Notes: generated from the letters alone by a model not told the origin. A DNA stretch of 63,535 nucleotides, filler included, from Reticulomyxa filosa (GCA_000512085.1; 22 parts of 22 records of this genome joined end to end with filler, not necessarily neighbours in it), one strand, 5' to 3'. Counted from the first letter of the whole stretch, positions 25,098 to 41,330 are shown. Numbers and translations are program-made.

Positions 25098-26540
25098 CCA
25101 TTGTCAAATTGACAAATATTGTTCCATATCTCTTCACTTTGCTCAAATAGAAACTTCAATACAGATTGACTTTCTTCTGGATAGTGTTGCAGCAATTGGA
25201 TCACATACCTCTCTGCATTATGTCTTTGTAGATGTTCAGCCGCATCATTTCCTGTCTTGCGAAGAGCAAAATCAGTGTCCAAAATGGATATAAACTTTTT
25301 GTCAAGGTCGTCGTATTTACCATCGGAAGTATTACTATCTCTAAACTTGTTGGAAAAGCTGCTTGCCAAAGGATTGTCTTCAATAAACGACGACAAATAA
25401 TTGATACATGGAAGGAAAAAAATAAGTTGCAGCTTTGAAGAATGGCGAAAGCGATCTTCTTTTAAATCATTTTTTAACATCTCGCAAGCTATGTAGGAAT
25501 TTTGATCGCTTTTGTTTTGGAAAAGCCATTGAAAAATGGCAAATAAATGCCAAGGGGATAACAGTTTATCCACTGCCGATGCTGTGTTTCCACTCCTTTC
25601 TGGCAGGTTACGTAGCCATACATATTTAAGTATCTTTTTATTTCAATCAATGTGTGTATATTTTTATTTTTATTATTATTTTTTTTTTTTAAATTTGTTA
25701 TAAAATAAACTGGTATCAAATTAATAGCGGACTTCTCCAATTCTCTTTTGATCCCTTCCAACATGTTGCAAGACAATTCTGGTAATGCCTTTTCGATCAC
25801 TGAACTCAGATTATTTTTTGCTTCAAGTGCAAATTTCAAAGATGGCCAATCTATGATATTCTCTATCAAATGCTTAAGCACGGTAGTCTCAAATGCAATT
25901 GGCACTTTTTCTGTTTCTTTTGGCCGTCGGAGTAAATACATTTTACAATTGTCATCTACATTGTTCCATGCGTTGTTGTATTGAAATGAAATTGGACTAT
26001 CTTGCTCCACTTGAAACTCGCCAACGAAAATGTTATCACCAATCTTTTGTAAGCGACACTCTAAATCATGATTTATGTGTTGAAAAATATCCATTGAAAA
26101 AGAAATAAGAAATGGAGTGATACTTCATTTTTTTTATTAAAAAAAAAAAAAAAGCTGACTTTGTTGATCATGTGAAAATGAAATAACAGGTTGATCAGTT
26201 TGTGTCACGAAAGCATAAATTCGAAAAAATCGTTTTTGTTTTGTGATGAGATCTGTGGCTGACTTTTCATCATTGTCTAGAGATTGGCCAGACCGATGAT
26301 TACAATGAACAGTAATTTGTGTGCATTCTTTCAACAAAGAGTCTATGTCCTGATCTTCGATAAGTTCTTGAAATGTTTGCACAATGTTCTGTAATTGAGA
26401 CACTTGTGTTTCATGTTTTTGTTTGAGAGATTCTTCTTGCAATCTGTTCAAAATTTCTTGTGGTATTCCACATCTACACTTTAAACACTCCTCCACGACT
26501 TCTTTGACAGCACTAAAATCACAACGATCTCCAGGAGTCC
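25098..26540 (-). CDS. Internal exons of a large hypothetical protein
   Basis: Three long minus-strand ORFs separated by short AT-rich intron-like gaps. No family recognised. Confidence 0.5.
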
Positions 26541-26695
26541 CTTACAAATTGTCACACAAACATATAAAAACATACACTTTTTCAAATTTTTTGTTNNNNN
26601 NNNNNNNNNNNNNNNNNNNNNNNNNNNNNNNNNNNNNNNTTAATTAATTAANNNNNNNNNNNNNNNNNNNNNNNNNNNNNNNNNNNNNNNNNNNN

Positions 26696-28260
26696 TGCCA
26701 TTTAGGTATTGCAGTTTTTTTTGCAATATACTGTACAATTGCTTTTCACATCGAAGATTTCTTTTGAATGCATGGGTAGCTTCTTTGTATATTTCACAAT
26801 TTTCTGATGTTCTGTTTTTCATAAAATTTCTTTTTAATCGATGTAAATTTTGTCTTTGCTTATGCAATTTATTACTCCACCAATGTTTATTTTATTTCTA
26901 AACAATCTTTTGCACATGTAGCTTTTCCTGCTTCAATCACACAATGACTCCAGGATTCCAATGCTTGATCTAATTCATCTGGAGAAATTTGGAGTGTATT
27001 TTCAAGTGAATAAATACAGACTTTTAAATTTTTTGTCAAATGATGTCGAAATTGTTCCCAATTACTGTTTGATAGATTACAAGTCACAATCTTTTGTCTT
27101 TTAATATTTTGAGGTGACCATTGTGCAAGAATATTGAATGTAATGGGTAAATGATCAGTGATATCAATACACGAGGATACATTATTTTTGTGATGGTGCA
27201 ATCAAATAGATATGAATTTAGGATGTATAAATTATTGGAAGTGATGAAATCCAAGATTAATTCTGTGCTCCGAAATTTTCCTGGCAGCTGGTAACTCTTT
27301 TTTGAATTCCCGCAAATGAAATGCATTGATACTAGAAGATATCTGACCTTATTCTGAAATAAAATATATTTTTGAATATTGCGATAATACTGCAAAATAA
27401 TAACAGTTTATTTTGGCCTGGATATAAAACTTCTACCTAACAAAATTAATATCACGGCATGTCAAATTTATATTGATTATTGAATATCGATTTCTTGGTG
27501 GGATGAAGATCCTTCTGCAAAGAATTCATGTATCACTCCAATAATGATTTATAAATATTGGAAATGATAGTCTGTGTTTTGCTTCTATGACGAAAACATT
27601 CTTGAAGCAAACAAACATGCGGTTGCGTATGATATAGATTTTGTTCAATATTTGTGACTTCGAATAGAAGCCATTTATGTTATTTTGAAAAATTATAATA
27701 TTATTTACAATTGGGCCATATCTTTATCTGTTGTTTCATTTGCATTGAAAGATGATAAATCATTTGAAGAATTGTTGGCTTCATTGCTCAAATTATGTTC
27801 AATCAGTGGCATCACTTTATCAATGAATGAACTCAATTTACCAATATTGACTCTTAGACTTGCCACTTCAGCACGAAGAAACAGAATATAATCATTTCAA
27901 TTGAGAATATATGAAAATTTCTCCACTTTCTCTTTCTTTTGAATGTTTCTGGTCTAAATTTGTCCTGCAATGTTACTAATAGACTATATTTTTTTGTTAG
28001 ACTTTTATGATCTGGTTTTAGATTTGGAGCAAATTTACCTTTGGTGTTAGTTTCAGCTTGCACATGTGTCGATTTCTTTGATTTTGTAATTATTGTTATG
28101 GGTGTATAATCTTCTTTCTGTCTTTGATTGTTCACAATACTTGCAGACTGGTTTTCTATTGCATTCGTTTGCAATATGGTTTAAATCATAGCATTTCCGA
28201 CATTGTTTGAACGATTTTCTTGGACGGCGAAAAGTGATTTGCAGAGATTCGCTAGAAAAT
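26696..28260 (-). mobile_element. Degenerate non-LTR (LINE-like) retrotransposon: ORF1 Zn knuckles and AP endonuclease
   Basis: ORF1-like QCRKCYDLNHIANECNRKPVCKYC. APE remnants QNNINGFYSK, HVCLLQECF and IDITDHLPITFNI, followed by the post-APE linker NSNWEQFRHHL. Many frameshifts. Confidence 0.8.
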
Positions 28261-28779
28261 TGAAAAATATATGAAATAAAATAGACCAAGAGCTAAAAAT
28301 TAAACAAGTAAGTTTTTAAAAAGTGCTCGAAGAATGTTTTAAACGCTGAAAAACGCCAATTTTTCATATCAATGCAACTTACACATGGTCAAATCCCACA
28401 AAATAATTTGATTTCAAAAGTGGAAAAAATATCAACGAATAGAATATGAAAAGTTAAAAATCTAATCGCTGTATATGTACTGAACCTGGTCGTACTTAAT
28501 TTGCACCTAGTGTTCAATGTACTATCTTCCTTTCATGTTTACATTAACCCGAATTATGGACTGACCGAAATAAAATATGTCCTTCTCTGCGTCCAAGTTC
28601 GGTGGATACGTGATATAAAACCTCCATAAAAAAATTGTATCCAGTGACGGCAACTGGATCCCTTTCTTCGCTGCTGATGTCATTTTTTAAATTTTTGTTT
28701 CGTTTCGAGTATATTTCTTTGAATATCTATATCAAACAAATAATATTTAACATATAATAAATAATAATAAAAATGGCAA

Positions 28780-30144
28780 TGTCTAATCTAAACTTTATTG
28801 ACACCAAATTCTTCAAGATATTCAAAATTCGAAACAAAGCCTTCCACATCATCAGTGATTTGATCTTTCATGAATTGACCAAATTCATAAGGGATTTCAA
28901 TGCGATTCAATAATGTTATTTTTTGTTACCAAAAAAGTGCTATTTGCTTTTTTCAATATTTTCCAACAATATCACATAATGTTTGATATTGTGACTTGAA
29001 ACTCTTTCATATTTCTTTGTCCGAATATGTTCAAATATAACTTTCACATCTTTGGATGGCCTTGTTGGAGTTTGTATATTAACGAAGCAATTATTCTATA
29101 ACTTCAAATGGTCCAATGATCTCATGACACATAATATCAGATATCACTGCTATCAAATAGATCCAATGTTTTGAACTAAATTCCATTTTGATTATCTTTC
29201 ATTTCAATATCATGCAAATGCTTGCACACTAGGCTCGAGTGCAATAAGTAGTTGATTAGTAATTGATGGATTCCATATACCAGCTTGGTGTGCACATTGT
29301 TTCATCACCAATTTGCCGGCCATTTAGAGTGAGGAAGCCACTGTTATCACCCATTGGATTGTGGCCTTGCATGTATATACTATTATTTTCCAAATATTGG
29401 ATTGCCTTCTTTTTGCAATAGCTCAACGCGCCGACAAACACGGACGATGTTTTCGCACTTACTCCATTTATCGCTTGCAAGTTTCCTTGTATTTTCGACT
29501 CTCTTTTTGTTTGATACTGGCCCAAAACATCTTTTCTTTTTTTTTTAGGTCGAGTCATATCAAACATATATTTAAAAAAAACAGACCATATAGATTCATT
29601 TTGAATCGATGAATTAATAACAGTTTACTAGCGTCTTCGTCTGGAGCTTGGTATCTTTTGTGGTTTATATTGTTTCTAGAAAGTATTTGATGAAATGACA
29701 AGGCTTCACAAATTTGGATTTGTTAAACTTATTACAAGCCATTCCCAAATGCAACCGCTTGCGTTTTTCGTTCGACAATAGTGCTGTACTTGTTTTGCCA
29801 CTCGGTTCTATGATGTTGCTTATCCACTTGTTTCTCCAATCTGTTATCAAATATACTCAATATTACTTCCCGAAATCCAAATAGTGCATGCTTGAGTATT
29901 GCAGGTCAATGTTCCATGATTTAGGCCAGGACAATTGTCTAATAAAGTTTCTATGTCTCAGACCTGACATATGATCGAACACTAGATTGACAACCTCTTC
30001 CACAGCGAGCACTGTAAAATGATAATTTGTTGTACCTGTCCACACACCAGCTGCACCATCGGGATCTAATTTTGAACCAGTGACTGATATTGTTATTCCA
30101 GGTGTTACCATGAGTTTCTGTACATAACATTTTTTTAAACACAA
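28780..30144 (-). CDS. Hypothetical multi-exon or degenerate gene
   Basis: Several consecutive protein-like minus-strand segments. No family recognised. Confidence 0.3.
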
Positions 30145-31293
30145 AAAAACAACTAATTTTTATTTGAAGATTTTTTTTTTTCCCAACACCATTGTCTTTC
30201 CAAAAAAAGAGTTTTTTTTAATCTCTAGAAAAAGTCAAAAAAAAAGTGCATGCATACAAAAATAAAAACACGTAAAAATTCTTGCAAGTTAACTGATTGC
30301 AACGCTAAATATCAACAAACAAAATAGATTCACATTATTTTTTAAAAAACGCAAACAAGACAAAACAGAGAAAAATAAAAAAAGGTTGAAACTCAAAAAA
30401 ATTATTAAAAAAAAATACGAATTAATATTAACTTCCGTGTTTTCACTCAATATATCCAATAGTTTTTGCGATGAATAGTGCAAAGAGATCAAAGAAGATA
30501 GTTGCATTGAAATTCAAAGAAAGTAAGTTTTTCGCCGATGATTGTTTGCAAGTCGCGATAAATTTGTTCAAAGTTGGAAACTGAGTTAAGCGGCAAAGAG
30601 TTGTGTTTAGGTCGTGCAAGTAAGGTTTGAGTATCAAATTTGAAGTTATCAAAGACAATATGAACGGCTTGAAGAATGATATCAATGAGCAAGTCGATTT
30701 CGTGATAGAGCCGAATGACAGTCTCAAAGTCATAATCATCATTATGCAGTTCTTTCTTGAGAAGATCGCAGACGAATGGCAAGAGCACAAGTTCAATGAA
30801 CTTCAAACTCAAGTGGACCAAAGCGCAAACAATGCCATACAGCGCGCCGACCTTGCTCTGATGATTTCGAATATCATATCACATTTTGGTGAGAAGTTTG
30901 CGTCGAAACTGTGGATACTTGTCATCAAAATGATCCACAATTTTCGATATGACCTGGCGGCCTGAATGCGAAATCTCAATGTAATTCATTATCAACTACG
31001 ACACTATTTAAGAAAGTGTAGTTTCGATTGGTCTCAAAAATCTTTGTCAAATAATGCTGTTGTTGTTAATCATATAACTTGTCTTGAAGACAAGTTGTGA
31101 CAACAATGCTGCAAATACTGCTTCAAACTATAGATAACGCATTCGCTATCGATTAGTGCATCACATACTTAAAGAATATAGACTTTGATTTTGATATCCA
31201 AATGACTATCTTTCACATGCTGGATTGCTAACTTTGTTCGCCATAACATCGTAATTGAATATATTTAAAATCTTTCATCGTGTTAATCAACTA

Positions 31294-31380
31294 CATTATG
31301 TTGCAAAGAAAACTGAAAGCATAAAACGATATCTTATGATGATAATTGATTTTCCCCATGAAAAATCAACATTTAGACCT
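31294..31380 (+). mobile_element. Tc1/mariner-like terminal sequence, copy 2
   Basis: TA|CATTATGTTGCAAAGAAAACTGAAAGCATAAAACGATATCTTATGATGATAATTGAT...TTTAGACCT, nearly identical to 45221-45307. Confidence 0.65.
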
Positions 31381-31599
31381 NNNNNNNNNNNNNNNNNNNN
31401 NNNNNNNNNNNNNNNNNNNNNNNNTTAATTAATTAANNNNNNNNNNNNNNNNNNNNNNNNNNNNNNNNNNNNNNNNNNNNCCGAATAACAGCAGCCAGGC
31501 CCCAGCAATGTTGTTGAAGAAAAGCAATCAAAAAAAAGGTAACAAAACAAACTTCATCACAATAGAAATCCCTGATTCATCTCTTTTGTCACTGTGAAT

Positions 31600-32635
31600 G
31601 TTTTGATATTGAAGGAAATCAGAAAGAAGAAGACGGAAAGGACGGACATTGTACAAACTCATCACATCGTACTGCGAACAAGACAAAGACAAACAACACA
31701 AACAACATAGACAGAGCACTGCAGATAATCAAGTTATGTGCGGCCGTCTTGCGCATCTTGTGAATCAATACCTATTGTGTTACACAACTATTGGGAGAGT
31801 CATGTCTTGGGCGGCCATCATCGCGACTCTGTAAAAATACGTCGGAGTCGTGGACGCGATGAAAAAGAGCAATCGCAATCGCAATGGCAGCGAAGTGCAA
31901 ATGCTATTGAACAAAATTGGTACTTGTTGAATGATTTATTTCTACACATGGACAATAACAATATGTATGCGCTGTTAAAAGATTATGGTCTGGTATGCAG
32001 CTATGGTCAAATAATGAAGTACATTGCGTGGTTGAAGATTCATCAAAGACTTAGCATTTATCAACCCAGGGGGACATCACAGGGACAAAGATAAAACAGC
32101 ATTGGGTCGTATTTACTCATGCTATCCGCGACTTTGCCAAAGGATAAAGTAAACGCCAATACAAACAAGGCGTCCCAAAAAAAAAAAAAAAAGCGTCTTT
32201 GGATATGTGGTCCGAGTATGAGTCAAAGTTGGAAATGGAGTCGAAGCCCAAATCCGAAGATGGAGTGATCAACGCGATGATTGGTAAAGCGAACGAAGTT
32301 TGGGCCAAGATTGACATTGACGAGTATTTGGAACAGCAAATGTTTCATGATCGACCCAACCATAATGGGGAGTATTTATGATTTTCAATTGAGTCGGTCA
32401 AAAGGAAAAGAACTACTACTTGTTCTGCTGAAACACAAATCAAACGAAGTTGGTAATATAGTCACTCTTTTGTATCGAATGACAAATCTATAGTCAGCCC
32501 TGCGATTTTTTGCTTGGAATTGGGTCAATTGGAGTGCCATTGGCATATATTAGCCAAATACAAATGTTGGATGGCGATCAGACAACCCATGTTGTGTGGA
32601 TTTTGCGCATTTTGGCAAATGCTTGGCTTCAGGAT
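31600..32635 (+). pseudogene. Fragmented hypothetical coding sequence
   Basis: Overlapping plus-strand ORFs in shifting frames. Confidence 0.3.
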
Positions 32636-33079
32636 NNNNNNNNNNNNNNNNNNNNNNNNNNNNNNNNNNNNNNNNNNNNTTAATTAATTAANNNNNNNNN
32701 NNNNNNNNNNNNNNNNNNNNNNNNNNNNNNNNNNNCACATACAATATCATTTGCGTCGTTGATGCGATACTGAAACAAACTTTGTAAGTTATAGATTTTT
32801 TCAAACTAATGTATTAGTTCATCGGTTTCTGATAAGTGTCTAAAGGAGTATTGATGATTTCTTCAACTTTTTTGGCATGATAATTTTTTGTATTCCTGTT
32901 TGTTTAGTTGCAACTTGTTCACTTATCGGTGTCGAATTTGGATTTAATAGTTTTATTTCTTTCTGCATGAATTCGCATTTTTCTATTGTAGTCTGTAAAA
33001 CGTCGCAATAATGTAACTAGGCTTGTATATGTTGTTATTCTGTTTATGTTGCAGGCAGTAAGTCGTCTATGTAAATGTC

Positions 33080-33520
33080 TGATAAATGCCTTTTTATATT
33101 GGTATATCGCGTATTTGGATATGAAGATATAATAACCTGATATCTAATTTGGAAAATATTTTCTTATTTGTCAATTTTTTCATTAAGTCATTTATATTTT
33201 GTAGCGGCCACTGGTCACGTATAATTGCTTGGTTCAATTTTCGATAGTCCATTTAAATGCATAATTTACCACCTTTTTCTTGACTAATACTACTGGTGCC
33301 TCAAAATTAGAATAACTTTTCCTTATTATTCCTATTTGCACTAACTCTTTTACTTGATTTTTCACTTCATCTTGATATTTGTGATTTATAATATATGTTT
33401 TATTTTTGATCTAGTTCCAGGTTTCAACTTAATTTTCATTTCTGCATCTATAAGCTTCAATATGTCAAAACTATTGGATGATATCAATTGTTGATTTTAT
33501 GCAATGATTTATTGTACTTA
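33080..33520 (-). mobile_element. Second degenerate Ty3/gypsy RT fragment, same family as 22321-22785
   Basis: Reads KYQDEVKNQVKELVQIGIIRKSYSNFEAPVVLVKKKGGKLCI*MDYRKLNQAIIRDQWPLQNINDLMKKLTNKKIFSKLDI. Confidence 0.85.
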
Positions 33521-34598
33521 CTTAGATGCTTTTTTATTTATGATGTCTCTAACTTTGGATATATTGGTTTTTAAATTAGCTTTGCACTTTTACTATTTGG
33601 AGTTAATTTCATGTTGATCGCCATTTGTTCGTTCATAGATTTTGAGTTATGATTGCAATCATTTTCATCTAAATGGATTTCACATTGACAGTACAAACTT
33701 TGCTTTACGCTATCTTAGCAAGATTTCTGCATACTCTTCCTTATGATGAGTTGATAATTCCATTAAATCTGTTGTACGCTCTGCGACACTATGCTTGCCT
33801 CCAAACGTTCCACACAGACATGACATCAAATATTTAAATGATACGTTTGCATTTGCAGCTGTAACAATGTCTTGCACTTTATTGCTTAAAGACTGTATTT
33901 ACATAAAAAATCAAAGAATACATTGACAAATGCGTAAATATGCTATGAGAAAAAAAATTAGTACGAGATAAATGTATGTTCATAAATTGCATCTACTTGT
34001 CATTGTTTCTACATCTACAACACTGCAACAAACAAAAACAAAACAATGATAAATTCGCCTCATACAACAAAGACTAAAAAATAATATTTAAAAAACATAT
34101 TCGTGAATATTCTCCACTATTGGAGCAATTATGCTAATCAAATCAGTCATTCTTGAATATATAGTACTACGTTAAACAATAAAAAGAAATAGAACATAGA
34201 ACATAAATGGCTATGCACAAAATAAACACACATAAAGAGATATTACTTGCAACAATCAACGATCAAGCGGCAAAGAGTGAAATGTATATCAAGTCACGTT
34301 ATGTACGGTCAAACTCTAAATGAACTCTCAGCATGTTAAACTCTCAATAAACAAAACTTCTTTATTGTTTTCGTTGTTTCCCTTGTCATTTGTGAATTTT
34401 CTTCATTTAATTAATGTCGTTTTGCTATTTTGTTTTTACTTTCGTGCTGCACTTATTCGCATCACTGTTTCTGCATTTTGTTAGAATTGTTAAAAACTAA
34501 TTAAGTGCATTATTAAGGTACCGTAAACAGCACAGAACCCAGATAAAATATCTAAAAAAACTTGTACTGAAAACAGGATATCTACTAAATATCGAATC

Positions 34599-35830
<1,232 letters not shown>

Positions 35831-36424
35831 TAAATTAAAAATGAAAATAACGAGGTGTATCAAATGTAAACTTATTTCTAATTTTTTTTTTTTTTTTTTN
35901 NNNNNNNNNNNNNNNNNNNNNNNNNNNNNNNNNNNNNNNNNNNTTAATTAATTAANNNNNNNNNNNNNNNNNNNNNNNNNNNNNNNNNNNNNNNNNNNNG
36001 ACACTTGAAATCAGAATCATCATTTATTCCATCATTCAGAAGTCACAACATTATTGCTTGATTTTTTACAAACCCTTTTTTTTATTTTCTCCCCTTGCAT
36101 ACACGACCGATGTTAACAGATTTTAGTGTTGTGTATGATCACAATAAAGAAATGTATATCACTAAAAAAATATATTATGCACAACTGACCAATATTGGTT
36201 TAATTCAATGAGCAATTCATCGACTTCATCAAAGATCTTAAAAATTTAAAAACGACAAAAGTTAAAATCTTTTTCAATCTTTAATTTTTCTATGATTTTT
36301 TTTATTTTTCAAAATTTTAAAATATTTGAATCTTTCACGTGTTTTTGGTGATCGAGTTTGCAATTTGAAAATAAATGCTGTACAAAAGTTCAAAAATGTA
36401 ACCAAAAAAACAGGTGAAACAGAT

Positions 36425-37397
36425 ATGTCAAATCATCCCTTAATCGAGGAAAATAAGGTGTAAGATCTTACACAAGATGAAGTAAATCATAAAATTGAAG
36501 ATGTCTCCTATAAAATGTATGAAGTGAGCAAATTTTTGAGACTGATGGAAATGACTTTTTCCCAGGTTTTTTGTTCGAAATTTTTTTGAACAAGCAAAAT
36601 AGTTACAAACTGGTCTCTACAAACAAAAACAACTAGAACGGACGAAAACGGGAATGGTATCTAGTGTATAGTTTTACAGTAGCGGCATGTCTGTTGTACT
36701 ATGAAGAGAAGAAATCTTTTTTATTTTTGAACAATTTCGGCCTGAAAGAAACAAATATTAGTAAGCTGACAAGTGATAAGAACAAGTCGGATGTAGCTAT
36801 AAATGTTGTGCAGGTATTAGATGCGATCTTTTATTTTTTTTTTGTTCCGTTCTTTTCACAAAAGGAGTTTCGAATCAGACACAATAATGCCTGAGAGTAA
36901 CTTCCAACCTCAATGTTTTTTGCTGAATAATAGGACTTATCGATAATGATACATTGGCTCCACTTGAAACGATGCATGTTCGAGTGCTTTGTATCTGTTC
37001 AAATATGTGTGGATATGTGTTTTTGTTTAGATGACGACGTGATCTGTTGTTGTGCACCCAATCAAATTTTTTAAAAAAGATAAAAGAGGAGTGTGGCTAT
37101 GATGTCCCAATGGAAAAAATCCAAAAACTGTCAACGCATCGTCGTGGCAGCACTGGATTGATTGAAAGTTTGGTGTATTTGTATTTTGCTATGAATAACG
37201 AGTCGATACGAATTTCCAAAGGTGGTAGAAATGAACACGAAAGTGAAAATATCGGATTAGTGTTCATACCAGTGAAAGATTCGTATCGCTTTGTTATGAA
37301 CAACCAGCTGGATTTCCCTGCGAGACTGAAGTTTGCAGTTTTCTGGTTTTATCAAACCTATCCTGAATTATACAAAGATATGAATCGTTCCTTGTAA
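36425..37397 (+). pseudogene. Hypothetical gene with stops and frameshifts
   Basis: A protein-like terminal ORF (37047-37397) preceded by interrupted coding-like sequence. Confidence 0.3.
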
Positions 37398-37999
37398 AAG
37401 CCCTTTCTCGTTCTCTTTTACCTTTTAATTATTATTGTATTCAAACAATCGGCTTTGTAAAGGTAATTATCGAGAACATAAATATTACGTGAACTTTGGC
37501 CAGCATAAATCACGTTGCAAACCTCACAAGCAAAAAAAAAGACATTGACATTTACTGTGCGATGGAATCACGTGTTAACCCCAAATAGTGGATGTACTTT
37601 CTATTTTGTTTTAATTGGGCGTTGGTTTATTTTGTTTACGATACATCAAAATTGAAAAAAAAGTAACTTTTGAGAAGGTTACGATTTCTAATTTTATGTG
37701 GAGAAAAAATAATAATAAAATCTTAATGTCTTTCTTTTTTTGGAAAGTTAATGAAATTAAAAGAGTATTATTAAAAGTTCACTTGACTTCACAAATGCTT
37801 TTTTAAATAAAATTGAATTTATTTTAGAACTACTCGAAAACTCTTTGCTCATTCTCATGTATGATTTCCTCTTGCAGTATAGTATCGAATAAAAATATAA
37901 AAAAGAGAGCTTGTCTAACTTTAAAATAGTTTCCTTCAAGTTCAACAAAGCCAAAAAATTCTGGAAAGGAGGGGACGACGTATACAATAATTTTATATC

Positions 38000-38971
38000 A
38001 TGTTAAAAGCAAAGAACAAATTTATTGAAGCAGCTGAAGATAAAGAGGCAAAAAAAGAAGAGGACACTGTCCCCGCTTCAGCAGAACATCATAACGACAT
38101 TGAAGAGCACCAAAACGCGTTGGTGGACAAGACATTGGAAGAAGCTATCTGGGAACAACAAAGAGAAGAAATGGAAGCAGACATTAACAAATTGATAGTA
38201 AAAAGAAAATCCCTTGGGAAACGAGAACACCAAAGATAATAAAGAAAAGAGTGACACGCGGGATATGGTACAGCCGACAGTTAACAGACAAACAACTGAA
38301 GCAATTGGAGAGTTTGAAATCACATCAGCAGCGAAGCAAGACAAGCCAATTGAAGCGAATGCACGTGATGCTAAACAGCTGCAAAAGCTTTCGCATATTG
38401 AACATGCCATTGTCGTAGAGCGAACAAGACATGCGCAACGTGTTCAGCTGTTTCGACGAGGTCAGCAAATGCCAAATCACAGATCCGACGAGGAAAGTCG
38501 TGCGACCACAAAAAGAGGGCCGTTATGTCAAAAAAAAGACGCCATCTTTTTTACCGACAACTCCAACAGCGGCGCCGTGTTTTCCAATCTGCGACACACT
38601 GATCATGTTTCCACCCCTCTGTCAATCTTGGGCCGCTTCTCCATACTCACCTTCACATCATCAAAGTCCGTTCGAACTGTGATGCACTTTGACTCGTCCA
38701 CTATTGTGCAGCCATTTTATCATGGGTCCATTTTATTGAGAAAAGATAGTTATTTTTTTTAAAATAAAAAGGGATTGCATACACATATATAACTGTGAAT
38801 GAACGCTCGTGTCCAAAGAACTTAGCCGAAATGGAATAACAAATGGATAAATTCATGTTTGTGTTTGATTGGTTGACGGCGCTGCGACGCAAACAGTACA
38901 AAGAAAATATCGCATCATATGCGTGGCTGGATTCAAACGAAAGGGGAAGACTGGTTCAAAACGATTCATTA
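38000..38971 (+). CDS. Hypothetical protein (charged N-terminus; one apparent frameshift)
   Basis: ATG at 38000, an overlapping ORF at 38214-38762, a short intron and a terminal exon. Confidence 0.4.
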
Positions 38972-40206
38972 AACAAACAAAAAAAAAGTGACACAGACAG
39001 CAATTTTATTTTTTAGTTGAATCTTGGACTTTTATTGGTAAGTAATAATCTTCTAATACAGTTTTGTCATCTTTCATTACAAATTCTTAAAAAAAGCTAT
39101 ACAACTAGTCTTTTACTAACTTAACAAGTAATCGCAAGTTGTGTGCAGAGTGAATGTGTCATTTTGAATTCAAAACATTCACCGTTTCTCTTTCGCCAAA
39201 AAGTAAACACAAAACAAAACAATAATGCACAAATCATAAAATTTGCGACTGACAAAAAAATAAAACAATGAAAATAAAAAATACTTAAAAACAAAAATCT
39301 CAAAGCACGTAAACAAAGCTTTCGATTATTTGTAATTTCTACAGTATATTTATTTTAAAAATTGCAATTGCTATTTTAAGACTTGACAATAATTGCAAAA
39401 TAAAAATATAATTAACGCATTGTAGATAAAAAAAGCAAAAATTATAATAAATACAAAATTAAATATTGACAATGCGTGTTCACTCGACGACAGTCAGTGT
39501 TGCAAGTGCTGTCGTTCAATCTGAATCATTGTTGAAAGAAGAAGAAGCAGGAGGGGAAGGAAGTGAAGAAACGCCTCAAGAAGGATCTCACGTTTTGTTG
39601 CATTCACGATCATGTGATATTGATGCGAGGACGGACCGGCAAGATAAAGTATATTGGCCCTGTGGACGAGTCTTGAAATGATTGGTATTGAAATGGACTC
39701 ATGGAATCCCAGCGGACACAATGACGAGGGTATTTTGTGAAGCTATCCGAAATTGTCAAAATCATTAAGCAGATCGCCAGCTTAGAGCAATCACAAATCC
39801 AACTACAACAACATAAGCAAATCCTTAGTCTGCAACAATTACATAATTCAAATATTGATACAAAAATGTCATTGACCAACAAATCAGTCAATGCAATATT
39901 ATCAAAATCAACTTATTGCACACCAAAAAGCTTGTTTAACAAATGCGAACATTCTCATCAAAATCAAACATTAAACCTTGTTCATTTTGGTTTGAAGTAG
40001 GGTTTGTCCATTGAGTGTTCCGTTGTTGTCATTGAGATTCCACGTGTCCAACTCTCGCTCCAATGAAAGGCTCCGCTCATTCGAGTCGTTGCCAGCCATT
40101 TGACTGNNNNNNNNNNNNNNNNNNNNNNNNNNNNNNNNNNNNNNNNNNNNTTAATTAATTAANNNNNNNNNNNNNNNNNNNNNNNNNNNNNNNNNNNNNN
40201 NNNNNN

Positions 40207-41230
40207 ATCAAAATCATCGATCCATCCTAATTTTATTTTTGAAGTTTGAATCCAATATTGAATAATAAATTTCATTTCCTTTTTTGACTATTTATTATTT
40301 ATTATTTGTTAATCAGTTTTATATAACATAATTTATTTGTGTTTATTAAAATAAATAAACAAATAATTACCAACTGTGAAGGATCCCATACACGCATTTT
40401 TGTCTTCATGTGAGTTGATACTTCTATATTATTATCCTTAACTCCTCCAATGATGTGTATATGATTGTCTTCTTCACTCAATATTGCAACACATGAATGT
40501 AATGGACTGGGTAAAGCGTTTTCAAATGTCATCCATTTGTTTTCTCGAATTGAATACTTGTGAATTGATTTTGAAACTCTATTACCATTTCCACCAAAGA
40601 ACAAGACCACATCATTGATACACACATATGCATAACCATAAAATGGTGCAATATCATGACAAACAGGTAGTTTCTGAAATTGAAAAGTGTTGTTATCTTC
40701 ATCATATTCAATTGATAATCCTATATTTTTACAAAACAACAGCATTTGATAATTTTGTTTATTTTTTTGATTTGTTTTCATCATCTCTTGTACTTGTCCA
40801 TTTTCTGATTTTGATACAAAGCAATGAAACCATATATTAGTATTACTATGTGGTAAACTATCACTTTTAATAAATTTAAATGTATTTAAATCAAATACAC
40901 TAATATGACAATAAAAATAAGTGATAAATAACAAATTATTGTTGATTCCACCAATTAATGCACGCGCTCCTTGATAATTATCATCTCTTTCTCTTCCAAT
41001 GATAATTGGATGATTGTGATTGTCTGTGAAAGGAATCCATTCATTGTAATTGTTTGATTTGTTGAATTGATTGAATTCATTTAATTTTTTTGATTTATTC
41101 GTTTCATTTTCATTTTGATTTTCATCATTATTGTTGCCATCAGTCCAAACACTTACATATTTCATCACCAATGTATGTCTATTGTATCCATCCCAACCAG
41201 ATCCAAAAGACAACAAAGTGATTTGATTGT
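40207..41230 (-). CDS. Kelch/beta-propeller repeat protein of a lineage-expanded family (partial)
   Basis: 304-aa ORF with HTLVMKYVSVW, GARALIGG, VLFFGG...IHKYSIRENKW...LPSPL and IHIIGG, which are Kelch GG/Y/W repeats. It resembles the large Reticulomyxa family as I recall it. Confidence 0.85.
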
Positions 41231-41330
41231 NNNNNNNNNNNNNNNNNNNNNNNNNNNNNNNNNNNNNNNNNNNNTTAATTAATTAANNNNNNNNNNNNNN
41301 NNNNNNNNNNNNNNNNNNNNNNNNNNNNNN

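Noticed and set aside
38770-38930. Possible BRCT-like C-terminus (FVFDWLTAL)
   Set aside because: Only one weak motif matches and the rest of the domain is not recognisable.
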